Positions 28,634-41,014 of a stretch of DNA of 64,000 bases are shown piece after piece; the stretch's first letter is position 1, and every line of letters begins with the position of its first letter. Both the position numbers and the translations under genes were made by a program. This DNA is from Eledone cirrhosa (taxonomy: Eukaryota). The stretch is from NCBI GenBank assembly GCA_964016885.1, contig CAXHJY010001284.1:62001-126000 (forward strand), given 5' to 3'. Below the pieces are notes generated by a model. It was not told the origin of the DNA. It searched no databases and was given only the letters and a program-made list of their open reading frames with translations.

Positions 28634-28705
28634 ACGTGGTATCACGTGGTATCACGTGGTATCACGTGGTATCACGTGGTATCACGTGGTATCACGTGGT
28701 ATCAC
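28634..28705. repeat. 10-bp tandem repeat ATCACGTGGT (6 perfect units)
   Basis: Units at 28641-28700, each containing CACGTG. Confidence 0.95.
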
Positions 28706-28769
28706 CGGTTTATTGAATAGATATGTCAACAGGTGTCCCCAGATTATACCTGCCTGTTCTCAAATAAAG

Positions 28770-28970
28770 CCTGGTGTCCTTGGCGCTGGGACCACCTCCC
28801 TACTCACAACCATCGGCCCGCAGCTGGCTACCCGCAGGTGTGGGCCTAGCGAGCTGGAATGGCTCTTCCAACGCGTTTCCCTCTACATCCTCCGGGGAAA
28901 CACCTTCTCTATTCTGTCCTCCGGGGCCGCGGGGCGGTTAGCGTGTGGACCTCCCCCTTTGCCTATAATA
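28770..28970 (+). mobile_element. 3' fragment of a CRE-clade (restriction-like endonuclease) non-LTR retrotransposon
   Basis: GVLGAGTTSLLTTIG...WLFQRVSLYILRGNTFSIL resembles the CRE-type C-terminal G.WG....IG...FLFQRISLAIQRGNA..IL motif; GC-rich island. Confidence 0.7.
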
Positions 28971-28984
28971 GTGAGTTTGGGGCG

Positions 28985-30450
28985 AGTGAGAGAGACGGAG
29001 GTGGTGAGTGAAAGAGAGAGATGGGGAGAGTGAGAGAGACGGAGGCAGTGAGTGAAAGAGAGAGATGGGGAGAGTGAGAGAGACAGAGGTGGTGAGTGAA
29101 AGAGAGAGATGGGGAGAGTGAGAGAGACGGAGGCAGTGAGTGAAAGTGAGAGATGGGGAGAGTGAGAGAGACGGAGGTAGTGAGTGAAAGAGAGAGATAG
29201 GGAGAGTGAGAGAGACCGAGGCAGTGAGTGAAAGAGAGAGATGGGGAGAGTGAGAGAGACGGAGGCAGTGAGTGAAAGAGAGAGATGGGGAGAGTGAGAG
29301 AGACGGAGGCAGTGAGTGAAAGTGAGAGATGGGGAGAGTGAGAGAGACGGAGGTAGTGAGTGAAAGAGAGAGATAGGGAGAGTGAGAGAGACCGAGGCAG
29401 TGAGTGAAAGAGAGAGATGGGGAGAGTGAGAGAGACGGAGGCAGTGAGTGAAAGAGAGAGATGGGGAGAGTGAGAGAGACAGAGGTGGTGAGTGAAAGAG
29501 AGAGATGGGGAGAGTGAGAGAGATGGAGGTAGTGAGTGAAAGAGAGAGATGGGGAGAGTGAGAGAGACGGAGGTAGTGAGTGAAAGAGAGAGATAGGGAG
29601 AGAGAGAGAGACTGGGGCAGTGAGTGAAAGAGAGAGACCGGGGCAGTGAGTGAAAGAGAGAGATAGTGAGAGTGAGAGAGACGGAGGCAGTGAGTGAAAG
29701 AGAGAGATGGGGAGAGTGAGAGAGACGGAGGCAGTGAGTGAAAGAGAGAGGTGGGGAGAGTGAGAGAGACGGAGGTAGTGAGTGAAAGAGAGAGATAGGG
29801 AGAGAGAGAGAGAGACCGGGGCAGTGAGTGAAAGAGAGAGATGGTGAGAGTGAGAGAGACGGAGGTGGTGAGTGAAAGAGAGAGATGGGGAGAGTGAGAG
29901 AGACGGAGGTAGTGAGTGAAAGAGAGAGATGGGGAGAGTGAGAGAAACGGAGGTGGTGAGTGAAAGAGAGAGATGGGGAGAGTGAGAGAGACGGAGGTGG
30001 TGAGTGAAAGAGAGAAATGGGGAGAGTGAGAGAGATGGAGGTTGTGAGTGAAAGAGAGTGATGGGGAGAGTGAGAGAGACGGAGGCAGTGAGTGAAAGAG
30101 AGAGATGGGGAGAGTGAGAGAGACGGAGGCAGTGAGTGAAAGAGAGAGATGGGGAGAGTGAGAGATACGGAGGTAGTGAGTGAAAGAGAGAGATAGGGAG
30201 AGTGAGAGAGACTGAGGCAGTGAGTGAAAGAGAGAGATAGGGAGAGTGAGAGAGACTGAGGCAGTGAGTGAAAGAGAGAGATGGGGAGAGTGAGAGAGAC
30301 GGAGGTAGTGAGTGAAAGAGAGAGATGGGGAGAGTGAGAGAGACGGAGGTAGTGAGTGAAAGAAAGAGATAGGGAGAGTGAGAGAGACGGAGGTAGTGAG
30401 TGAAAGAGAGAGATGGGGAGAGTGAGAGAGACGGAGGTAGTGAGTGAAAG
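28985..30450. repeat. 44-bp purine-rich minisatellite, ~33 units
   Basis: Unit GTGAGTGAAAGAGAGAGATGGGGAGAGTGAGAGAGACGGAGG(C/T)(A/G); starts at 29004 and 29048. Confidence 0.96.
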
Positions 30451-30864
30451 AATCTTATTACATCTTGTTTGGTGTAGGACTATACATATCTATAAATTTG
30501 CTTTATATCGTAAACCTTTCCTTCTTTCATCGCTTCTGTCTTTCACCAAATTCATGCAAATGTCTTCACAGAACTGAGAAACCTTGTACATATTTTGTGT
30601 CATTGGCCAGTTTAGGCTCAGATGTTGGTTCCTGACTCTTGATTATGTGTGTGTTTTCAATCACATATATTTTTATTGTTTGACCCGAATTACTAGGTCG
30701 TTTATTTTGGCTGTGCGGATGATTTGTTTAAAGACCATCTCAGTGTGTTTCGCCCTTAACGTATATTGTAGCTCTGATTCATATGAATCATCGAGCGCTT
30801 GCCACACATCTCGGAAGTTGATTTTCGTTAATTCCTGAGCTGAAGTACGATTCTCGCTAATTTA

Positions 30865-30897
<33 letters not shown>

Positions 30898-30901
<4 letters not shown>

Positions 30902-31156
30902 ATGCTTTGGGAGGGTCATGTTGCCAATAGGAAACACACGCATCAGATGCTTTCACTTCAATTTATTATAAATTAAATTTATAAATTTCCGGTTGGTTGG
31001 TTGGTTCCATAACCGGACGGTTGTTCATATATTGTCAAAGTTCTTTCGTCACACATTACGTGACCTTTTCAGTGACTGGGGATTCTTTTCTTTGTTTTGT
31101 GCCTCTCCGTTGTGCGTGTGTTTCTTATTGGCAACATGACCCTCCCAAGCATAACA
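30898..31156. mobile_element. MITE with ~45-bp TIRs, TGT..ACA termini and 4-bp ATAT duplication (Ginger-like)
   Basis: 30898-30942 vs 31113-31156 inverted; ATAT immediately outside both ends. Confidence 0.8.
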
Positions 31157-31214
31157 ATATCGGTTTCAACACACGTTTTCAGATAAAGAATCTTGCTAAA
31201 CAAATTCAGAAACG

Positions 31215-31280
<66 letters not shown>

Positions 31281-31309
31281 GTGGTAACATAACAGTTAGT
31301 TCACCATAC

Positions 31310-31347
31310 CGAGAACAATTGTTTCACCTTAGCGGATCTTCAGCTCG
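31310..31347 (-). ncRNA. Minimal hammerhead ribozyme (Penelope type)
   Basis: Minus strand CGAG-CTGAAGA-TCC GCTAA GGT-GAAAC-AATT-GTT-CTCG: stem I CGAG/CTCG, palindromic stem III ACAATTGT. Confidence 0.7.
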
Positions 31348-31483
31348 TACTGGTCATGGTTATACGGAACAGGTATATATATACAGTATATATATATATA
31401 TTTATTGGTTAATATATATACACATAATCGGGATTCGACTAGATAAATATATAGATAGAAAGATAGATAGATAGATAGATAGA

Positions 31484-32509
31484 TTTCTTTATTTACCATA
31501 AAGGCATAAAAAGAAGGGACAAATACAAAGGGGGAGTTTACATACAATCGAGTAAAAAGGGTATAAAATGAAAATAATCGAATAAGATGGATAAAAGGTA
31601 AAATATTTCGAACGAATCGGTGACAAAGCACATTTTTTTGCCGCCGATTCGTTCTTCATAATAATCGCTAGGCTTCCGTACAGTCTTTTCTTATGAAAGT
31701 GGTTTCATTAAGTACTTCTGTGAGTACTGTTTTGATATCTGTTTGAGTTGGCTGTTCAGGTTTTTTAGAAGTGTTGTTGATGGTGCGGAAAACGACCGTT
31801 CGACTTTCAATGTCTTTGGTGAGATCTTGAGACATTTTTACCGATAAAATACCATTCTCTCCTTCAGTTATATATTGTTTGGCGTCTGCAATTCTTTGTG
31901 CCACATCTGAAATATTTTCAGGTATATATGTCAAAGATTTCTTTGTTGTTTGTGCAAATGAAATCTTATTGGTGTTGACTTTGTCGTCTGCTTTGCTTTC
32001 TGTTATGATGTTGTTTTCAAATGTTATTTTTGTGTTTGTTGTGTCTTTGTCTGTGGTATTAATATTGTCATGCAATTTTTCAAATTTTTTTTTTTCGTTG
32101 TTGGAATCCATGTCCAGATTTGTGTTTTCGTCATTTTTCTCCGCAGATTCGTCTGTTTTTATTTTATTTTTTCCTTCCTTCTCTATGACGTTAGTTGGAA
32201 AGGAAGGGGGGACTAAAGCGTGCGAGCTTACAACTCGTAACGCTGTCCCCCCACCACTATTTTCGTTAGCTTCGTTTAACATTTCTGTCAGACGATTGAA
32301 ATTTTTTATGCCACAAAATTTTAAAAAACAGGTTTTTCACCCCTAGGAGGGGTAAAGATGAGCTGACCCACCGCCTGACAGTTCAGACGGGGACTCAAGC
32401 TACACAATAGTATCAAAATTAAAATTGAACTTACAAAATTTCCGCAATAAATTTGAACAAAACTTCTGCGCGAAGTGAATTACATCTACGCTGTAGAACA
32501 GACGACAGC

Positions 32510-32510
<1 letters not shown>
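31484..32510 (-). mobile_element. Tx1/L1-clade LINE copy A: intact 5' and 3' ends, ~4.4 kb internal deletion
   Basis: 32510-31585 aligns to the 5'UTR/ORF1 start of copy B (38138-37211) and is fused to a 3'UTR like 32670-32765; (GATA)n on both sides. Confidence 0.88.
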
Positions 32511-32575
<65 letters not shown>

Positions 32576-32576
32576 T

Positions 32577-32628
32577 GTTTCTTTATTAGCCACAGGGGCA
32601 CAAAAAAAGGGGACAAATACAAAGGGGG
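32577..32628 (-). mobile_element. ~50-bp 3'-terminal fragment of the Tx1-like LINE
   Basis: TTTCTTTATTAGCCACAGGGGCACAAAA..GGGGACAAATACAAAGGGGG, nearly identical to the 3' end of copy C; between (GATA)n tracts. Confidence 0.85.
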
Positions 32629-32879
32629 ATAGATAGATAGATAGTTAGATAGATAGATAGATAGATATATTTCTTTATTTACCATAACGGTATAAAAAGA
32701 AGGGACAAATACAAAGGGGGAGTTTACATAAAACCGAGTAAAAAGGGTATAAAATGAAAATAATCAAAAACAAACTCAAAAGGGAGGGGACGTGATGGGG
32801 GTTGCACACATCCCCGAAAAAGTGTGCAATCCTTTGCCCGGGGAGCACATGGAGAAGGTGCTTCCCTCTCCTTCACTTC

Positions 32880-35800
32880 TTTACCTACAGGATGGTATAC
32901 AGAGAAGGCCCATTTACACGAGCCATTTTCGCCACTATCACCCACCTTTCATAAAACTATCTGTGGCCAAGCACCTCTCTCTCCATTCTTATCCTTCTTC
33001 CGAAGTAATATCGGAAGAAGTAGACCAGACTATGGCCAGAGAGGAAGTTGCCTGACCTCAGACCTTTCAATCGTGTCCACCAAACAACCTCTTTCAACAT
33101 GGCTATTACGCACAGAGAAACCGCCTTTGCTTCCTTTGTGAAGAGGGGAGGCGGCTTGATTGTTACCACGGACTCGGCGGTCAATCGAATCGGTGCCACC
33201 CGCGACAGCAGTCGCTCGGCGTAGCCCCACAGATCAGCCACGCCCGGACAGTGCACCAATGCGTGCGCAACGGTTTCTTCGTGACGCACACATCTAGGGC
33301 AAATCTTTTTCGAGGAATCCCTGCCCGGGCGCCCGTGTCTGTAGAGCCTCTCTCGAACGGGTAGAGCCCCCCGGTAGCACTGCCAGGCCAGTGACTTCTA
33401 GAAGTTGTTCATTGGTCCCGGGCCGAAAGTCCTACCGAACAGGCTGGCCAGTTCGTCCCTTTCCATGTCCAGCGACTCTCCAAGGGTGTCATCGCCCTGC
33501 TAGCCACCAGCTCTCTATAGAATGACGAGATGGACTCTCCACCGATGGCCGGGTCCGCTTGCCAGAGAGCCCTGAGCGCCTTGGCACACTCAGTGTGCCA
33601 GTCGCCCAGTTTTCCGGATCTTTGCTTGACCCGGGACTGCAGCTCGGTGAGCGAGACGAGTCTCGGAAAGGCTCGTCTCACGAACGGAGCCCACACCAGT
33701 TGACCAGTGAGGAATACCTGTAGGTGCGGTAGCCCTAATGCGTGCCTACGCATCATCAACCAGGGCATCCCCAGCCCTCCTTTCGAAGGTTGTTGGCAGC
33801 AGATGGATCTTCTCACCATAGGAGGGCGCTTCTTCCAAATAAATTGAAAGAGCATGCGTTCCATGGTGGTGAGTGTTTCCTTAGGGCAAGGCACGACAGT
33901 CAGGCGGTAGTAGGTGACGGACGCTATGTAAATGTTCGCCACCTCCGCCCGACCTTTCAGGGACAGCTTACACTTGGCCCATTTCTGGGTCAGTGCAAAC
34001 ACCTTCTTCGTAACCTCGCCCCAGTTCTTTTCCACCTGGAGGTCCGGTCCAAACCAGACCCAAAGCAACTTCACCGGGCCCTCCATCCAGTATCCGACGA
34101 CACCATCAGGAGGCATCGGTCTGCCTCTCCACCTTCCGAGTTGCAGCCCGATGGATTTTTCCCGGTTCAGTTTCGCTCCTGACAACCTTTCGTATTCCTC
34201 CAGTAAGGTACCGATCTCCTCGATCTCCGAGTCGGTCGATACCATTACTGTTACGTCATCGGCGTAGGCCGACACCGCTTTGTTCAATCCTGGTTCCAGG
34301 GGGATACCCTGCAACAACTCCAACTTCCTCAGTAAAGGCTCGAGAGTCAATACGTACAGAATGGAGGAGAGAGGGCACCCCTATCGAATGGATCGTGTGA
34401 TTTCGAACGGCTTCGAAAGGTAGCCGTTCACCTTGATCCTAGAACAGATGTAGTTGCTATGTAAGGCAGTTATCCAGCCTCTGAAAACAGGACCGAACCC
34501 AGCCGCTGCTATCACCGCATCCAGGTAACCATGGTCGACCCTATCGAACGCCTTAGACTGATCCAAGTTGATCAGGGCCCCACCGAAGCCGGGTTTGTTG
34601 CCAACCCTCTCTATGATGTATCGCATGAGGTGGAGGCTGTCGTGAATGGACCTGGATGGGATAGCACATGTCTGCGCATCTCCCACCAGGCTACCCACGA
34701 CAAGCACCAACCTCTTTGCTAACACCTTGTCCAAAATCTTTAACTCTGTGTTTAGCAGGGTTATGGGCCGAAAATTATTTATACTATCCCCCTTGTTCTC
34801 GTCCTTCCTCACCAGCGAGACTACGCCCTTGGCTACAGAACAAGGAATTCTCCCGTTCTGCTGCCAATTGCAGTAGACTGCTTCGAGGAGTTCGGAGAAG
34901 AAGACCGGAATTGCTAAACAAAGTTCGTAAGGTATACCATCGAGACCTGGAGATTTGCGTCTGCTGCATTGTTTCAGCGCATCCCCGATCTCATCAGCCG
35001 AGATTGGTCCCTCGCAGGACTCTGCCTCTTCGCTTGAGAGACGCGGCAGGCCGTCGAGGTATGGACCGAAATCCACGTCTTGCTATAACTTATTGATTCT
35101 GTTCTAATCTCTCTTTTGAGAGATGCCCACCATCGGTTGTTGACGATTGCACCCGTCAACCTCTCCTTAACTAATCTGCTAATCCGGTCTCTGTAAGCCT
35201 CTTTTGCCGGTAAAGACAAATTAAGTTTCCAGTAACCGGGACCCTGTCTATGTGTTCTCTCGAGGTTAACTACGCAGATCACTAATTTGTGATCTGTATA
35301 GCCAACCGCGAGCATTTCTGGACAGCTTAATATGTCCCTATCCTTACTTCTAACTAAGAATCTATCTAAGTACGATCTAGATTGACCACTGTGGTTCGTC
35401 CAAGTCTAGGTTGGCACAGTTGGAAAATCTAGTCGATATCTATCGACCAAGTTAAAACGGTCGAGTAACCCCTTGAGGCTGTTACACCCACCTCTATTAG
35501 GACATGCTCCTGCATAGTCCCAACGTGCATATAGGATGTCATTCCAGTCCCCCGCTAGAAGCAGGGAACGCGACGTTCCCAGAAAAGTCTCCAGACGTTG
35601 GAAGAAGTCGGGTCGTTCAGCTCCGAAAGGGGAGTAGATGGCGACCAGTCTCAAGGCCGCACCTCCACTATTGCCAACGTCTAGCACCAACAAACGACCC
35701 TCCGGGTCCGAGTGAACAACCTGTACGGCGAGACCCAGGTGTTTTTCCAGCAGTACGACAACGCCACCCCCACCTCCAGGTTGACAGAGAGATGCGTGCA

Positions 35801-35969
35801 CCTCAAAGTCATCGAAGGTAGGGGCCAGCTGCCGCACGACGCTGATCCGAGTCTCACAGATAACCATTACATTTATACCACGTGACCTGAGGTCATTTAG
35901 AAGCTTTGCTTGCTTCCAAGTTGAGCCCAGGCCACGTGCATTCAAACATCCTACTCTTAACACATCCAT
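32880..35969 (-). pseudogene. ORF2 (APE endonuclease, reverse transcriptase, C-terminal Cys/His motif), disrupted
   Basis: CLNARGL, ICETR, GDWN, YTDHKLV, KSPGLDG, FRPITLLN, LDQSKAFDRVDH, YADDV, EETVAHALVHCP. Has stops and frameshifts and lacks ~345 bp present in copy D (~46655-47000). Confidence 0.92.
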
Positions 35970-37905
35970 GTGGGCGGCAAAGCCAAAGGAGAGTGTAGAG
36001 ACCTACCTTTCTGCTTCCCGAGGTTCGGGTCGCACGACTTCCATGGGTCGGGGGTGTTGGGTGAAGGGGTGTCTTGTGGTGGTGTGGGGTCGTCAGTGTG
36101 TGGTGGGGTTGGGGTGTTTGGAGTTGTGTTGGGGAGGAGAAGGGGAGGGGGAAAGCTTTTTAGGAGGACGCAGTTTATGGGTTTGACAGAGGGTGGTCCT
36201 ACGTCCTCCTTAAAATCCTTTTTTAGTTTTTGGTAAAGGTTCATTGGGACCTTTATTAATTTTAATTGTGGGTTGTTTTCTGAAAAAACAAAGTTTACCC
36301 CTTCGGTTTGTACCGAAGGGTTAGTGTTTATGAGTTCATTTAATTTATTATTGTTTCTGTTGATGTAAGTAAAGTGTAATGTCTTTTTTTCGGATGGTGT
36401 GAGTGTTTCGAACAGGGGAGGGCAGGTTTGGTTTTGTTTGTTGCTGGAGGGGTGATTTGTGTTTTGTTGGATTGTGTTGACATTTGGGTAGGGGCTTTTT
36501 GGCCTTGTGTGTTTGGCACATTTTTTATTTTTTTTCCTTTTAATCTGTCTGAAGGACTCCGTTTCTTCCTCCGAATTCGTTGGGTTATCTTCAGTGTTGG
36601 AGGGAAGAGGTATGTTTGTTGGTAGTGTTTCCGTGTTAGTTTTCTTTGTGGGGGAGATGGATGTCACTATGTTAGACTGTATTGTGTGTTGTGGCTGCGG
36701 TGGTTGTGTTGTTTTATTGAGTGAGGGGTTAGATGGGACTGTGTTTTGTTTTGGGGTAATGTGTTGTGTCTGTTTGTGCTGTGGTGGTGGTGGTGTAGTT
36801 TTACTGAGGGACGGGTTGGGTGGGACTGAGTTTTGTTGTTTGTTTATCTGTTGTGGTGGTGGTGGAGCTGGTGTTTGTAGCAGGGTTTTCTTCTTGTTGT
36901 GTTGGGGACAAGCCGCCTTCAGGTGCCCTCTGCCTGCACAGATATGACAGGACGGCCTTCTCCCCTCTACGCTAATGTTTATATACCCGTGGCCCTCTAA
37001 TAGGATTCTGTCGGGTATTTGGGCAATGCGTTCAGGCTTCATTTGCACTACAAGTTTTATACCTGTTCCACTGAACGCATTGCCTGTGGTTTTCCCAATG
37101 GAAATCACGTTGTCATTCGCTGGATCGATGAAGCCAGCTATGAGCCAGCAGTAGTCCATATCTGGCATCATCGCATCCAGCCATATGCGCTGAGTTCTTT
37201 TACCCATATAAGATGGATAAAAGGTAAAATTTGTCGAACGAATCGGCGACAAAGCATATTTTTTCGCCGCTGATTCGTTCTTCGTAATAATGGCCAGGCT
37301 TCCATACAGCCTGTCTCTTCTTATGAAAGTGGCTTCATTAAGTACTTCTCTAAGTACCGCTTTAATTTCTGATTGTGTTGGCTGTTGTGGATTTTTTGAG
37401 ATGTTGTAGATGGTGCGGAAAACGACCGTCCGACTTTCAATATCTTTGGTGAGTTCTTGGGGCATTTTTACTGACAAGGCTCCATTTTCCCCTTGAGTTA
37501 TGAATTGTTTGGCGTTTTTTATTCTTTGTGCCACATCTGAAATATTTTCAGGTATGTATGTCAAAGATTTTTTTGTTGTTTGTGCAAATGAGATGTTATT
37601 GGTGTTTACTTTGTCGTCTGTTTTGCTTTCTGTTATGATGTTGTTGTTTTCAAATGTTATTTTTGTGTTTGTTGTTTCTTTGTTTGTGGCATTAATATTG
37701 TCATGCAATTCTTTCAAATTTTTGTTGTTGTTGGAATCAATCTCCAGATTTGTGTTTTCGTCGCCATTTTTCTCCGCACATTCGTCTGTTTTTATTTTAT
37801 TTTTCCTTTCCTTCTCTATGACGTTAGTTGGGAAGGAAGGGGGGACTAAAGCGTGCGAGCTTACTGCTGTCCCCCACCACTATTTTTGTTAGCTTCATTT
37901 AACAT
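35957..37905 (-). pseudogene. ORF1 gag-like protein with CCHC zinc knuckle (frameshift near the start; open 35957-37717)
   Basis: CHICAGRGHLKAAC = CX2CX4HX4C. ATG at 37905 is homologous to the MLNEANE start of copy A. Overlaps the ORF2 ATG by 13 nt. Confidence 0.88.
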
Positions 37906-38177
37906 TTCTCTCAGACGATTGAAATTTTATGCAACAAAATTTTTTAAAAACAGGTTTTTCACCCCTGGGAGGGGCGAAAATGAGCTGGCCCACCGCCTGA
38001 CAGTTCAGACGGGGGGGGGGGGTCAAGCTACACAATAGTATCAAAATTAAAATTAAACTTACAAAATTTCATAAATAAATTGGAACAAAACTTCTGCACG
38101 AAATGATTTACGTCTACGCTATCGAACAGACGACAACTAGATTATTAGATAGATAGATATATAGATCGATAGATATA

Positions 38178-38622
38178 TTTCTTTATTAGCCACAGGGGCA
38201 CAAAAGAAGGGGACAAATACAAAGGGGGAAGTTTACATACAATAAAAACGTGTAAAATGTTATCACAGATGGAATTTAAAAGTTAGTCGATTTTCCCCAA
38301 TAGAGGGAGACAGTTTATATGGGTAACACATACCCCCGAAAAAAAATGTGCAACACTCATCTCCAGGAGTACGAAGAGCTTGTACTCCTTTCCTCTCCTC
38401 CTCCTTTTCCTCAACCTACAGGCTGATATAGAGAGAAGGCCCATTCACTCGGGCCATTCTCGCCACTTTCACCCACCTTTCATAAAACTTGCTGGGGTAC
38501 AGCACCTCTCTCTCCATCCTGATTCTTCTTCCAAAGTGGTATTTGAAAAAAAGAATCAGTTGTTGGCCGGAGAGAAAGGTGTCTGACCTCAGCCCTTTCA
38601 ACCATGTCCACCATACAACCTC
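38178..38622 (-). mobile_element. Tx1-like LINE copy C, 5'-truncated (~445 bp)
   Basis: EVVWWTWLKGLRSDTFLSGQQL...ERWVKVARMARVNG C-terminus plus 3'UTR; (GATA)n on both sides. Confidence 0.9.
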
Positions 38623-38721
<99 letters not shown>

Positions 38722-39214
38722 GGATGGAATTAACATTCTAGAAATATAAACACGACAAAATATATGCATGCCAATGAGTGTAGATATCTCTTTATATACA
38801 TCATGTATATACTTATGTGTAGAGAGAAATATGTAATATATATGTATATGTAATATATGTATATACCCACAGAGGTATATATTCATATATAAATACATAT
38901 ATATATACATATATGTAGTATATATACGTACTTATTGAGTGCAACATGCGTTTTAAACATCCGTACGGATCTGTGTATGTATCTGTACGTGTGCGTGAGT
39001 TTCTCTGTGTGTGTTTGTGTTTATTCTTCAGTGTGTGTGTCTGTGTGAGTGTGTGTGTGAGTGTGTGTCTGAGTGTGTGTGTGTGAATGTGTGACTATGT
39101 CCTATCACATCCAAATTCTCATTCGTATTTATGTATTTACAGATCGAGGCGACATCTATAAGGGCTCTACACATTCCTACAACACATACACATATATATT
39201 GATATACAACTAAT

Positions 39215-40810
<1,596 letters not shown>

Positions 40811-41014
40811 GAAGCGTGTAGCTGGGAGCGATCTACCAGCTGACGTGTAAAAGACGGAAGACTCCAGGCGCCCGTTCTTCCGTGTGTAGAATTTTAGCAC
40901 CGGTGGTGGGTTGGGGTGGGTGCGGAGGATGTGGTGGTGGGTTGGGGGTGGTAGTGGGGATAGTGATGGTGGAGGTGTTAGTGGTAATGGTGGTGGTGGG
41001 GGGGCTTGTTGGTA

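Larger units (their letters stand above)
32670..38138 (-). mobile_element. Tx1/L1-clade LINE copy B, near full-length
   Basis: 5'UTR, ORF1, ORF2 (APE + RT + Zn), 3'UTR ending AATAAAGAAA; flanked by (GATA)n. Confidence 0.93.

Noticed and set aside
28985-30450. Regular 44-bp, 53-bp and 55-bp arrays as possible CRISPR arrays
   Set aside because: No unique spacers, eukaryotic context, no cas genes.
31160-31184. Minus-strand CTGAAAA...GAAACCG next to the MITE
   Set aside because: Non-canonical core and interrupted by the MITE; cannot be supported.
33742-37892. Plus-strand ORFs overlapping the Tx1 copies
   Set aside because: Antisense shadows of LINE coding sequence with no independent motifs.
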